Shown here in pieces: positions 1 to 12,335 of a stretch of 64,000 bases of DNA. How positions within the stretch are numbered: position 1 is the first letter of the stretch; each line of letters begins with the position of its first letter. This DNA is from Lingula anatina (Eukaryota; Animalia; Brachiopoda): the NCBI GenBank assembly GCA_051362555.1, contig CM120646.1, positions 5,518,001-5,582,000 on the forward strand, in the 5' to 3' direction. The notes beneath the pieces were generated by a model. The model made no database searches and was not told where the DNA came from. It saw nothing but the letters and a program-made list of their open reading frames with translations. The position numbers and the translations under genes are program-made.

Positions 1-2926
1 AGAGCAAGTGCCCACTGAAAAACGCCAATTCTTTTAACCCTATCATTGGATTCTATTCATTATGTATATCGAGTCATTTTCTAGCCTGTTATAGTTTTCA
101 TACAGATATGAAAAAAAGTGTTTAAGATTGTCTCAAGTTAATCCTATAATATGTCAAGTAGATAACCTACCAACTAGTATTTTTTGTACAAGCACCAATT
201 TAAAATTTGTATAGAAATGAATAGAAGTAGACATGAGAATGGCGAACATTAAATGTTCCAATGATTATATCATAAAGTGAGTTTAGAGTCAAATTTGTGT
301 ATGTTTAATCTAGATCTATGTTGGATTTTATATTTCTTATTTTGTTATTATTTTTTGCCACACATTTGTAAACCCTGGAATGTTTCAGTTTGTTTTTGGA
401 CCATATGTTGCATTTTATACCCATACTGCATTTTACTTTTTGCACAATTTTTTGGGGGCATTTTAAGTCGATTTGTATGTTGAATTTTTTAAAGGACGTA
501 TAGTTCTTATTTCATGATTTTTTGTCTTTTATGAATTTCATAAAATGAAAATACTCACAATTGTACACATTACTTAAATTTATTTTGAATTTAGATTTTC
601 AATTTCATAATGACAGAGTGTTAAGTGTTTCTTGTCACAATTTCATGACTTTTATATCCTCGTCTTCCAGTCATTACAAATTATGTACACACAAATTAAA
701 TATATATTTGCAGAACTTGCAATTGCCAATGCAGAAAATTGTAATGTCATATCAAATATGCCTCTTTCGTATGTATACAGGTACTTATGCTTCTGATGTT
801 AAAGTTTCCATCAGCTTTGCAAAAAGAAGTTGATTATATGAATAGTCTGATGCGTATACACAGATGTGGTACCAGAGGTAATTTCCATTAGGTCTTGTTT
901 GAAATGTGGTTAGTGTTCATTATATAATCATAAAATGTAATCAAAGACTGTAGCATAGTGTACAAAAGAAACAAGTTTTGTTGAAAGGATTGTATGAAGT
1001 GAAAGACTTTTGTTTCATCTTGTCTGTATTTAGGATAAGGAAAAGCAGTGAAGTGAATGAGGATTTCAAAGTTCCAACGCAAAAAGTTGTTTTTAAATCA
1101 GGTAGAAGGCTATACTCTGTAGTGTATACCAAACATCCGATTGACAGTTTAACTTACAAGGATGGACACAATTTGCATTTTTGTTACATTTTACAAAGCA
1201 CATGAATACATATCATGTATTTAAATGTATAAGAGAGAAACCATGACATCAGCATGTATAGTGTAGTTAGTTACTCAAATATCATCAAGACTGTATCTTG
1301 CCAATCACCCATGACCATTTAAAAAGATCATAATCATATGTTTGATATATACAGCCCATTAACTGGCCTCAAAATATGTATTCACCAGTTTTATACAATT
1401 AAGTGTACATATATTTCAAGTAATATATAAGGCACATTTTGCTGTGACATGTTACAGATACCATGACGTGGTAAGATATTTTTAAGCACTTCCCATGATA
1501 AACAAATGTAGATGGAGCCACTTTAATGGGCTTGTTATTCATTGCCATGCTTGGTTTAAAAGTGTGAATGCCAATTGGTGCTTTAATTGTCACTTTTTTC
1601 TTGAAGATCTGACTTTTTTCTTCCGTATGTTTTTAATATGTTAATGATGAAAATAAGTTTTGTTTCAAGCTGATGCAGAATTCTCCTGAAGAAAACGGTG
1701 ACTGCTCATCATTTAAGAAGTTTTCTCATTTTGTGAGTTTATTGAATCGATCACAGCACTAGGCTTTTCAGTTTTGTGGGAAGAGGTTACCAATGTTAAG
1801 ATGACCTTGGACAATTTCAATGTGGCAAATGCCAAACATGAGTTAATTGGCTATTATATACTGTTTTTTTATAAAAAGCCAAATAATTTAGCCCACATAT
1901 TTCACAAAATAGTTTTTTGAAAGGAAAAGTATGTAAACAAAATTTGGAATTAACCTCTTTGTTCATCTGATTTAAAGAGTTGCGTAATCCAGGCAAAAAT
2001 TGGGATCAACTGTTTTTTATGTCTTATGTGCAAATCGAGTAAAATGATCATGGTTTGTTAATAACAGATTGAAATCATGCTTAATTGTTCCAAATTATTT
2101 TTAGAAAATTACATTGGATGAACTTGACTGACAAATTATAGAGCCAGTGGAAGTTTGTTATTGTTTGTAAGTTATTGTTACAGAGGTAACTTAAGATATT
2201 TAGTACTTAAGAAGAGGGATTTCTTTGTCATATTTCTGTCCGATTCAACTTTTTGAAAAGCAAGAAGAGCACTGATGCAATGCACTTATTTTATATTTTT
2301 GCACTATTTTACAGATCATTTACTTGTGAAAATTAGCAAGATAAAAATACAATACTCAGTACCTCAAAATACTCATTTTGTTTTAATTGTATGATATTAT
2401 ATTGCCACGTAATACATTATGTATTGTTGCATCACTTATGTTTGATACCCTTCGTTTGCAAGCACTTTAGTTCAAAGGTGGTATTGAAAGTGCTAGTAGA
2501 TGTAGATCAAAGTTTATTCTTAATATTATGATATAAATAAACATCATTTTTCTACAGAATGTCTTCTTAGTGCATTTTTATGAAAAGGGGTTGTCCTATT
2601 GTTTTTTCCATGACCACCAATAACATGGCTGCCTGTGAAATTAACTAAATCATGCCCAAAACTGGCAAAAATAATGTGAGCCATTTTCTCTTAATGTTTT
2701 AATAATTTTGGACTGGTACAAAATTTCCTCACCACAGTTAGGTGGTGTTAGTCTCGTACTAAACAGTATCTTCTTTACCAAATAGCATTGAACAAAAAAG
2801 AGGGACAATTAATTACCAAGTATTTCCCCAATTCCTCTGTTAACACATTCACTGTAACAAAAAAATGGCATGATTTTCTCTGTTAAGTACTCCTACAAGG
2901 AAAAACATGAAAAAAAAAAAGAGGCT

Positions 2927-4399
2927 TCAGTCAGAGTCCTCAAACTTAACAGAATTGCTTTTGGATTTGTCGATATAAAATATTTTATTTGCACCTGGAG
3001 CCTCCTGAAACCCCAAACCAATTCCTTTGGTTGTATTCAGCTTCATCTCCATGGCTTTCTGAAACTGAGACTCCAGGGCACTGTTAACTTTCTCTTCCTC
3101 CTCCTTGTTAAACGCCTTCCTACCTCCAAGTCCACCTGCACCACTGGCGCCATCTTTAGTCGGAGTGGTCCCTTTTTTGAAACCGCCCAGCAATCGCATG
3201 AATTTCTGCTGACGGTCTGAAGATCCCAAGTTTGCTGTACTCCATTGGCCAACTGACGCCACTCCAGAGTTGGTATTTTGCCCTTCTTCATTTGCCTGGA
3301 CTTTTCTAAAGCCACCCAACAAACGCATTAATTTTTCACTCCGGCTAGCATCTCCAGAATCTGCTTTTTCCTTGCCATTTAAGCTAGAATGACTTTCCTC
3401 TCTCTGATTCTGACTTTGACCATTATCTGTCAAATTCTCATTTTGTAGATGTTCTTTTGAGCTTTCTTTGTCTGCCTGAGAAGCATCTCTATTTTTCTTT
3501 TTCTTTTTGGTTTTACCCATACTATATTCAATTGGATCTGTCTGTTGCTCTAAAACTTTAAAATTATCTGATTCTTGTTCATATTTTCTTTTCTTAGGCT
3601 TTACGTGACAGTCTTCAGTAACTGCCACAACATCATTTTCAGTGCCACTATTTACTTTTTCAGAATCTTTCTTTTTCTTCTTTTTTTTCTTCTTCTTAGA
3701 AGAAAGTTCTTCAGCAATTTCAGATGCTGGGGGAGATCTTTCCACCTCCCTCTCACTTTTATCTTTCTTCTTTTTCTTTCGTTTAGAACTTGGGGTCACA
3801 CCTTGGTCATGTATATCTTCAATGGCATGAACTACATTGCCTTCATCATCAGACTTTTTAATCTTCTTACTTTTAACAACCTGATTCTCAATCATCTGGG
3901 TCTCAGTCTCAGGGGCTCCATCAACTTCTTTTGCTTTTTTATCTTTCTTATTTTTCTTCTTCTTCTTTGATATCTGGCACTCTTCAACGGTAACATCATC
4001 CCCAATGCAAGGTACATTGGACACTTCTTCCATATTTTTCCTCTTTTTCTTTTTCTTCGGTTTCTTTTCTACTTCTGCACTGTCTGTTACATGTACAGGA
4101 ACATGAGTATCATCACATTCCACACTGTTTTCTTTATTTTTCTTTTTCTTTTTCTTGGGAGTATCTGATTCCACCTCATTAACTGTCGATACACTTAATT
4201 CAAGATCAGTCTCTTTTCTTTCCTTTTTATGTTTCTTCTTCTTCTTTTTTGGCTCCTCTTTGAGGTCAACTGTTTCAGTAGAACTGACCAAAGATGTGTC
4301 AACCGTCCCTGGGTCTAGATCACCTTGATGCTTCAGTTTCAGCTTCTTAGATTTCTTTTTTGTTTTCGTGCAGGCTTCAGTTGGGTCTGTTTCAGTCAT
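2927..4399 (-). CDS. KNOP1: Lysine-rich nucleolar protein 1-like (C-terminal SMAP domain), 490 aa, single coding exon
   Basis: ORF 2927-4414 with first ATG at 4399 (MTETDP...). It has many poly-K/acidic blocks, and the C-terminus QWSTANLGSSDRQQKFMRLLGGFKKG...LESQFQKAM...GLGF...KIFYIDK...KFED matches the SMAP-domain end of KNOP1 as I recall it. A splice acceptor lies upstream near 4524-4525 (5'UTR intron). Confidence 0.85.
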   Translation of the reverse strand: MTETDPTEACTKTKKKSKKLKLKHQGDLDPGTVDTSLVSSTETVDLKEEPKKKKKKHKKERKETDLELSVSTVNEVESDTPKKKKKKNKENSVECDDTHVPVHVTDSAEVEKKPKKKKKRKNMEEVSNVPCIGDDVTVEECQISKKKKKNKKDKKAKEVDGAPETETQMIENQVVKSKKIKKSDDEGNVVHAIEDIHDQGVTPSSKRKKKKKDKSEREVERSPPASEIAEELSSKKKKKKKKKKDSEKVNSGTENDVVAVTEDCHVKPKKRKYEQESDNFKVLEQQTDPIEYSMGKTKKKKKNRDASQADKESSKEHLQNENLTDNGQSQNQREESHSSLNGKEKADSGDASRSEKLMRLLGGFRKVQANEEGQNTNSGVASVGQWSTANLGSSDRQQKFMRLLGGFKKGTTPTKDGASGAGGLGGRKAFNKEEEEKVNSALESQFQKAMEMKLNTTKGIGLGFQEAPGANKIFYIDKSKSNSVKFEDSD

Positions 4400-4958
4400 T
4401 CTGTAAGTGTTCAAGTTTTTTCAGTCTTTATTATTTAAGGTTGCCGACAGTGCTGGGTGTGTCCTGTCGTCTGTGTTGGCCTTCGAAATTTGACCTGCGA
4501 AATATCGATGGTTTGGTTGCTGTCTGAAATTTGGAAATGGTAAAAAATCAAATTAGCCAATAAATACAGTATATATATGCAGACCACGTCCTCAGACACA
4601 TAAATAACAGGCAACAGCTCCTGTGTCACGCCTATCACACATTCACGCACGCACACGCCACGTGAAAATATTACTTTCCTTCCGTCAAGATTATATCTTA
4701 CATTTTATTTTAACTTTTTTACAATTGACATATTGTAAATATAATTTGATTTCAAATTTGCGTAACCTACTCGCAGTTTAAACCTTTAAAAATTAAAGCT
4801 CTGAGAATAAACATCCAAGACCATTAAAACCCATACCAACTCTCTATTTCCTTCAAAATGCTTCTCGTTGTGTCGTTGCTGCCTTTACAGCTGATAAAAT
4901 TAAAACGCACACATGGATATGGGCGCAGACATATTGGAATAGAAACGAGGCGGTGAAG

Positions 4959-4970
4959 GCCACCTAGTGT
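4959..4970 (-). promoter_or_regulatory. CTCF-like motif near the KNOP1 5' end
   Basis: GCCACCTAGTGT (reverse complement ACACTAGGTGGC) is one mismatch from the CCACTAGGTGGC CTCF core. Motif match only. Confidence 0.3.
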
Positions 4971-5755
4971 CAAAAATGAATATTGCAAACAGCACTAGAT
5001 AGATCGGTTCTCCGATGACTGTATTACGATGACAGGGAGCCGCGTTACACTCTTTTTTTTTACAAAGATAAAGGGTTAAAACCTCATCATTAAAGAAAAA
5101 TGCTGAATATGATCTCAGGAAACTAGACTTATTGACAAACAGCTACAAATAGGCATATCAATTATCATTCACAAATGCCCCGCCCCCTCATGAAGACGTT
5201 ACATGTACCTTCAACGTCGCTAGGCCTACTAGTATTAATTGACTTATTGGTAAAAAAAAAAAAGGCATTTTGTTGCTTTTTAATATTTCTTGTGGAATTT
5301 CAGGTTTCGGACTGTTGAACCTATCTACGATATGAAAACTCAAACAAACAAGTGAAGAAAAACAATGAACTGGTTCATCAAAAACATTATAAAACTAGTA
5401 AAATTTTTTGAAAATATTTCTTAAAATTTTTTTATAAAAACATATATGTATAATTGAAGTGACACCGTAAAGGACCCACCGCTGGATGTTCAGCGGTGAA
5501 TCCTTTTTACTGCGTAGATGAAACTGATGTTGCTATGATCTGATAAAAATCCAAAATCCTTAGTAGGCCCTATACCCTATAGGTTCTAGATTCCGGTATT
5601 GCCAGCTCGATCTTGATTTCATATATAACCCATATCAGCAAAACCGGTAATACTAGTAAAAGCGACTCCATCACAAGGTAAGCCTATATTTAACAAGTCG
5701 CAGTCCCCTCATCTTCATTATTGCCCTCGAGACGAATCGAGTTACAGCAACAAGC

Positions 5756-6879
5756 ATGAGGCAAATAGCGATTCTGATGTGTTTTCTAATGCTGCTGGTA
5801 TTCATCAACGGTATGAACTTAATTCAAATAAGTTTTTTAAATGATACTATCAGTACTCTTTCAAAATATGTAATAACGGTTGCTTTACAATTCACGGCAA
5901 AAAGTCTAATATAAGTCTTTTTTAACGTTGGCCTAGTTAATTTATAAATATGATTTATTAAAATCTGTTGATTTTAGTCCATGTAGACCTACATGATTTC
6001 TCGTTAAAATGTGAAATAGGCTACAAAATTAAGTCTGTAACCATGGCACCAGAAGTATTTGAAAGGACAGAATGGCAGTTCGGAGGATCAGGGACATACG
6101 TCTACCACGTGACGCAGAACTTTCTCTTCAGTTCTCTTTGAAAACGCATTCTTATTTTTAAACATGTAGTTCCCATTAGCAGCTGGCGACTGTAAGCTTC
6201 TTTTTCCACATATTTTTTTCAGGCACTGTATGCCAAGTTGCCAAGAGAGATGAAAAGTTCGGAGGTAGGAAACTCCCCATTTGTAATGCCTTAAGTTGAA
6301 TGTCCCTGTTTTCAGTCAGATAGTTTCCGTATTTATGATTTGGTCGTGTATGCTATACGTGAGTGTGATCATCTTGTAGGCCTAACCTACAGGATATTTA
6401 CAGAAATTTAATCTTATCCAAATAAGTCAGTTGTGCTGTGAAAACGGTCATGACTAAAATATAATATATTGCAAATATGTGTTAGAATGGAAAGTTAAAG
6501 TTTTAACCTTTGTTAATGGCTGGTGCCAGCAGGCAGACTAGCTCAATCCGCAGAAGATATTTTTTTAATTACAAAGTTTGTCCCACCTAATCTGTCTTTT
6601 TCGTTTCATACATTTATTTACCTATTTATTCGTTTTCTATGACAGAGAGTCCATTTCATTACCATTAATTTTACTTTCACATTCATGCCAGGCAAGCGTG
6701 ACCTGAGCGCTTTCCTTTCCAAAGAGCGGGCCAAAGAATTCGCCATCGCACGTGACAGGCGTGCCAGTCAAGGGAACAGCCGCATGAAGCGGGGTCGCCC
6801 CTACTGGTACACGGAGTGCATAATCGAAAAGGGCGGAGATTACTGGGTTCCAGAATGTAGCATCGAGAAAGGGAGATAA
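5756..6879 (+). CDS. Secreted prepropeptide, 94 aa (signal peptide, dibasic/furin sites, Gla-propeptide-like segment, 2-Cys amidated C-terminal peptide); paralog 1
   Basis: Exons 5756-5810, 6223-6264, 6692-6879 with GT-AG phase-1 introns. Spliced product: MRQIAILMCFLMLLVFINGTVCQVAKRDEKFGGKRDLSAFLSKERAKEFAIARDRRASQGNSRMKRGRPYWYTECIIEKGGDYWVPECSIEKGR*. Exon 1 and 2 sizes (55, 42 nt) and splice sites are conserved in the paralog at 9118. TATA-like TATATTTAA at about 5685; AATAAA at about 7051 and 7145. Confidence 0.75.
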
Positions 6880-7523
6880 TTCTCTTGAATGAACGTCGAA
6901 ATCCCAATTTTTTAGTAAACTGGGAAGACTGTCTCTTTTTCTTTTCAAAAATTCTACAATAAGAGCGGATTGCAATGCAATCAGTAGTCTAAAGTTTTTC
7001 TTGACGAACCTTGGACCCGAACCTGGGAAGTACGATGAAGTTCGCTTGTTAATAAATGGTAAACTGCTATAATTGTGTCGTTTATTTCATTGCCAAGATT
7101 GTGGCTTGTTTTAGCTTTGATTACACATTAAATGATTACCACAGAATAAAAGTCAATTTTCATTTTGAGCAAAGCATTTACAAATTGGATAATTCGTGAT
7201 TAGATATTCGTTTGTACATTTATTTTATTACATTGGTAATCTTCATTTCAAGGGAAAGAGATAATGTTTATTTTACTTATCTTCTTTCATCATATGAGCC
7301 CATAACGACAATAATGTTAGGATGATGAAAAGGATTTGCCAATGTTATCATGATCAACAATTCATCAATGACCTATTACTATTATTGTGTCGACCTTCAA
7401 AACAGTGCAAACCATCATGGAGAAATGTATACGATTATGCCACCCAACCGCCCAATATTTTCTTCTGAATGGCGAATCCCCCATTAGTAGGCCTAATTTT
7501 GCATCCATCTGGTACGTTATGTG

Positions 7524-7697
7524 GGGGGCGTCTCGATAGTCCGAAGGTTCATTGGTCCGAAGGTTCATTGGTCCGAAAAGTGGTAACATTTTCATCGATT
7601 TTTTAATCAAGGGTTCATTGAACCGAAGGTTCAATAGTGAATATTCGGACCAATGAACCTTCGGACTATTGAACCTTCGGACTATTGCTACGGCCCC
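7524..7697. mobile_element. Non-autonomous TIR element with 15-bp subterminal repeats and 9-bp TSD (Mutator-like)
   Basis: Left end gggggcgtctcgatagtccgaaggttcattggtccgaagg; right end is its near reverse complement (...ccttcggactattgctacggcccc). Direct repeat cgttatgtg at 7515-7523 and 7698-7706. Confidence 0.8.
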
Positions 7698-7871
7698 CGT
7701 TATGTGTGCAGCATAATTTTACACCGTCTGCTGAGCATGTAGAGAAGTTAATGTAACACTCGAACGCGCATACAAATTTATTCCTGCAAAAATGACGAAG
7801 ATATCGACAAATGCTTCTTTAATAACGAGAGATTTGTTTTCAAGCTATTTCTGTATCATATCCTTTCCATC

Positions 7872-8308
7872 AAGCACCCCGCACACGGTAAGCGCGCGCC
7901 ACTTGCTCTTTGCTCAGCAGAGGTGCCTCCCGGGCTGCCCCTATCGGACGCACCGCGAACTGTGGGATCATGTGATTAAGGAAACATTACATATTAGTTT
8001 TTTTTCTGAAAGTAATGGCAAATGGTGACCACGTTAATCAATCAGACTAACTATAACTGTGTACATTTTTGTTTACTTCGCTGGGGGCTGCCATTTTTCT
8101 TTGTTTCCGGCTACCGGCACATGCGCATTGTTGGCATGGCGTGAGCAATCGGCGCGCACACGCTGAGACATTTGCCTCAATATCAAACACGTGAGATATT
8201 TTCAGCCGCGCGAGAGGCAAAAATCTCACCAAAATACCCCCGCAAACGATGAGAAAACGGCGCAGCGCAAGTGGCGCGCGCTAAATGCTCACCGTGTGCG
8301 GGCCCCTT
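7872..8308. mobile_element. Degenerate GC-rich inverted-repeat element (MITE-like)
   Basis: cccgcacacggtaagcgcgcgccacttgc (about 7878-7906) is inverted at gcaagtggcgcgcgctaaatgctcaccgtgtgcggg (about 8267-8302). CpG-rich interior in an AT-rich context. No clear TSD. Confidence 0.45.
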
Positions 8309-8517
8309 CACGCAAACATCTTCAGTAACGCAAGACGTGATACCAACATGGCAAACTGGGCCACTGTAAAGGAGGGACGGACGACAAAAAGAAATGTTCA
8401 ATCAAAGTAACTTCAGGACCTCGTATAAAGAATTCAAGATAGAAGTAAAAAATCACCAAAACATTCTTATATTAATTAAAAGTGTAAAAAAAAAAAAAAC
8501 TATTATAAAGGTAAGGC

Positions 8518-8551
<34 letters not shown>

Positions 8552-9117
8552 AAACATCCAACTTAAAGCATCTGTAATATCTAATAAAATGAACATATGG
8601 ACTCCTTTCCTCTCTTGCAGATTGTTTTTTAAATAAAATTACTTACTCGACTTACCGACATTGCATGAAAGTTCAGAAGTTCAATTTTTTGTCGAATTTT
8701 TAAAACCACACTGCATTTTTCAGATGAATTTTAAAATGGAAAACATCGACTGAACGTTTGCTTTCCTCCCGCGCTTCACTCTCATAAAACAGAGAAATTG
8801 CAGTCGTTGTCATTGTTCAAACGTACTTTTTTTCATAAAATCTGCTGGAAGTTGCTAAGGCTTTTTTTTACAGAACATTGCAGCATGATCTACAGTTAAA
8901 ATAATACAGCCAGAATCAATACAGCCGGGTTACAATAATTTGTAATTGCTTTAGATTTAGCCAACGTTGTGTAATGATGTAGTCTAATCTGGCATTTCAT
9001 CATTAGCAAATTATCCATTCTCTGCAAATTACTGACTACAGTATAAAAACCTTGAAGTAGTGTGGTTCTCTCATCTTCATTCTTGTCCTCGAGACGCATC
9101 GAGTAACCGCAACAAGC

Positions 9118-10346
9118 ATGAAGCGAACGGCTCTTCTTGTGTGTTTTCTTATGCTGCTGGTTGTGAGCAACGGTAAGGATATTTAAATACAAGATATAAA
9201 TTTAAAAATTCAAATACTGAATTGAATGATGTCACCAGCATTTCAATTCTTGAAAGGGGTTGCTTTATAATTTACGCCAAGCTGATCTGAATGCACGTGT
9301 TTTTCTAAACATATCTACAGTAGTTCTAATATGGTCTGTTGATAGAGTCGATTTACAGTACACGACTTCGCGTTTTGGAAATAAGATTTCGAAAACAAGC
9401 CCAAATTGAGTTTTTTTTTTTTTTTTTTTTTTTTGTTACCTTGGCAACAGATATTTTGAGTGGAAAAATGCTGATTAGGGTCGAGGGTGGGACTAAAGTT
9501 GCGCACAGGATAAAAAAGGAATGCATTTTTGAGCCCTGGCACATTATATGTGATACCTAATTAGCCACCCTGAAATCAGCATAGTTTTTGAAAACGCCCA
9601 TCTTTGCTGTGATGGAAACCCCTGTGCCTATAAGCAACTGTTGACCTAAAACTTCTGTAATCACGTATTTTTTTTTCAGCTACGGTGTGCCAGGTTGCCA
9701 AGAGAGATGAAAAGCTTAGAGGTAGGGAGACTCCACATTTGCAATGCCTCAACTTCAATGTGGCCATTCAGGCCCGTAGCCAGCAATTTCAAAAGGGGGG
9801 TTCTTTTTCTGAAAAAGTGGACCTTTTCCCATAAAACTTCATGTACCTAGATCAAATTTTACCCAGAGTGGACCTTTTCCCAGCAAAAGGGGCTGTTCTT
9901 TCGAACCCCCCGAACCCCCCCTGGCTACGGGCCTGCCATTTTCAGTCAGATATTTCTTTACTGTATAAATAATATGGGTTGTATGCGTGTATGTTTTACC
10001 AAGGAGGTTACGTTTTATGTTTGCTTGTTTTTTAATTAGCAACCTAACTCAAAAGTCATGCACGGGTTTTAATAAAACGGGTTCCAGGAAAAGTCAAAAA
10101 CGAATTAACTTAAAATTAATTAGATTTTTTTTTTCAGTGAACCAATTATTAATCAATTGATAAAGTGAATTGAGCTGCTTTTACTTTTTGATTTATTCTC
10201 AATAGAAGAATTACACTATATATTTTATTCTTCTTGTCCTGTCAGGTGCAGATGTGCACGACATGAACGCTTTCCCTTCCCAAAAGCGGGCCTATGACGA
10301 TGCCAGCGTACGCGAGAAGCGTGCAGTCACCTATAACAACCCCTAG
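9118..10346 (+). pseudogene. Secreted prepropeptide paralog 2, truncated or pseudogenized
   Basis: Exons 9118-9172, 9680-9721, 10246-10346: MKRTALLVCFLMLLVVSNATVCQVAKRDEKLRGADVHDMNAFPSQKRAYDDASVREKRAVTYNNP*. A second in-frame stop (TGA 10377) follows, then a Cys-spaced stretch DCLWYCISLC. TATAAAA at 9042; 5'UTR and 3' flank are homologous to paralog 1. Confidence 0.65.
9769..9935. mobile_element. MITE, TIR CAGGCCCGTAGCCAG, 5-bp TSD (family copy 1)
   Basis: Perfect 15-bp TIR and TSD ccatt on both sides. It is absent from the equivalent intron of paralog 1 (about 6300). Confidence 0.85.
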
Positions 10347-10549
10347 AACCAGATAATGTACGGCGAATCTCCAGGTTGAAAAGTAAATGGAAATGACTGC
10401 CTCTGGTATTGCATTTCTCTCTGTGTGCAACATAACTATGCAAACGACAAAAACATCCTATTTATAGATATTAATCGCAGTGCTGTTATCCAAACATTCC
10501 CCCCACTTTCTTCCGTCGAAGATTCGAGAAAATTTGGAGCAAGTTTCCA

Positions 10550-11345
10550 TGCAATCAATAGCCTATTTTTATCTTGACAAAGCCTGGATCTGAACCTGGA
10601 GGTTATGATGAATTTCGCCTGTTAATAAATGGTAAACTGCTATTATTGTGTCGTGTGTTTGGAGATGATGTCGTGTCTTGTTTTAGTTCTTATTTAAGCT
10701 TTAAATAATAACCGCGTGTAAAATACCGATTTTCATTTCGTGCAGAGCAAATTGGAACAATCCATTATTAGATATTGGTTTGTAAATTTATTTTACTGAT
10801 TGGCAATTCTCATTTAAATGTTATTTAAAAATACGACCCCAGAAAATTAATAAGTTGTAAATGATGAAAAATTATTAATAACCACTGAATTAACGATTTA
10901 TCAAATCTTTGGACTTCCTTAAGTGTAATGAATTATAAATAGCGTAAAATTATTTCAATAAGAGCAGAATTATTCGTACGCCGCATCTTGACCCTGTCTG
11001 CGGAAAAACTTGCCATTGAAACACTATTATATTGTCTTCGTTTCATTGCAAGATGCTGTTTTTTTAGCTCTGTTTAAAGCTTGAAATAATAAATGCAAAA
11101 AATGAGCGATTATCATTTCGTGCAGAGCATTTACAAATGAGAATAACTCGTGATAAAATATTCGTTTTTACATTTATTTAACTGATTGCCAATTTTCATT
11201 TAAATATTATTTACAAAACACGAGCACAGAAAAATAATTTAGAAATGATGAAAAAACATTTAATAAGCGTCGAATTAACGATTAATCAAATATGTGATTA
11301 TGCTGACTCTAAAAATAGTACAAACCATCTGGACGAATTATATTA
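10550..11345 (+). repeat. Duplicated 3' flank of the peptide genes (homologous to about 6970-7430; present twice here)
   Basis: Blocks such as aaactgctattattgtgtcg, ttttcatttcgtgcagagca and tttacaaa..gataa.tcgtgat recur at about 7060-7250, 10630-10900 and 11020-11340. Confidence 0.6.
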
Positions 11346-12335
11346 CAGAGATACAAATTCAGATATACATTTAATTATGTCCCGTGTCAATCTAAATTGA
11401 AATAATGCAATGTTCATGCAATATGATGCGTTCCTGACGCACTAGTCTCACGCACACCACAATGCCCATCTCAAAATACAGTATATCGTACTAAAGACAG
11501 TTGCACTTGCTTTTGCGTATTAAATTTTACATAGCGTGGAGAGGTTTCCATAAGAGCAAAAATAGTCCAGTTTTCCCCTTAAAGGCGTGTTTTGTGAGAA
11601 ACAACTTGAACCCCGTGCTGAAGAAGCATGTGGTTGTAACGTGTGTGTGTGTGCGTGTACAAAAGTACATATAAATACATGTATAAGTTCATTCTGACAA
11701 AAATGGTGAACATGTCTGCGAAATCTTCATTATTAACTGGAGACTTGTTTACAACTTATTTCCGTACCATTAGGCAGACGCCAAGGTAGACATGAATCAA
11801 ACTTTGCGAGCCGAAAACACGAATGAAAATAAGAATCGTATGATCACAGTCAAATAAAATAGATTTATAAATCGAGCGCGGTGCACTACCACGTTTCTTG
11901 CAACTTCTGCTGCAGGGAGATCACCGCTACAATATAAAGCCGTAATATTTATACAAAAGCAACCCACTTTGACTGTATATCACAGTCCTCTGACCAACTC
12001 TGGTTTTCTTTAATTTATAACAAGTGCTATCCTTCGCGTACTAAAACAAGAAATACCATAAAAGACTAATAATAAAACATCAAATTACAATAAAACACTA
12101 ATGAGTTGGTAGAATAATAATTTGTTGGCATACAAGTTTAAAACTTATTGAAATCACAAATGTAATATTCTGTTGGAACATTCCATCATTTTTAGTAAGA
12201 GTGTAAGTCACATTACTCCGCCATACTGGAGACGCCTACGTATTTGGCTGAAAGAATTCATAAGGCAATTTTTACTGGATATGCTTAATAATGTGAATAC
12301 GTTGTCATTGTGTGCGTACAGAAATCACTGGCTCG

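Noticed and set aside
1-2900. Short ORFs in the first 2.9 kb
   Set aside because: AT-rich, UTR-like sequence without coding signal; probably 3'UTR of KNOP1 and/or a convergent gene (AATAAA at about 2536), which cannot be resolved here.
2870-3970. Plus-strand Phe/Leu-rich ORFs overlapping KNOP1
   Set aside because: Antisense shadows of poly-Lys codons.
8047-8232. Minus-strand MAAPSEVNK start with YY1/ETS/NRF1-like motifs as a housekeeping first exon
   Set aside because: The frame closes within 13 codons, no clear donor follows, and it lies inside an inverted-repeat element.
10377-10379. Selenocysteine readthrough of the TGA before the Cys-spaced stretch
   Set aside because: An in-frame TAG at 10344 precedes it and I see no convincing SECIS.
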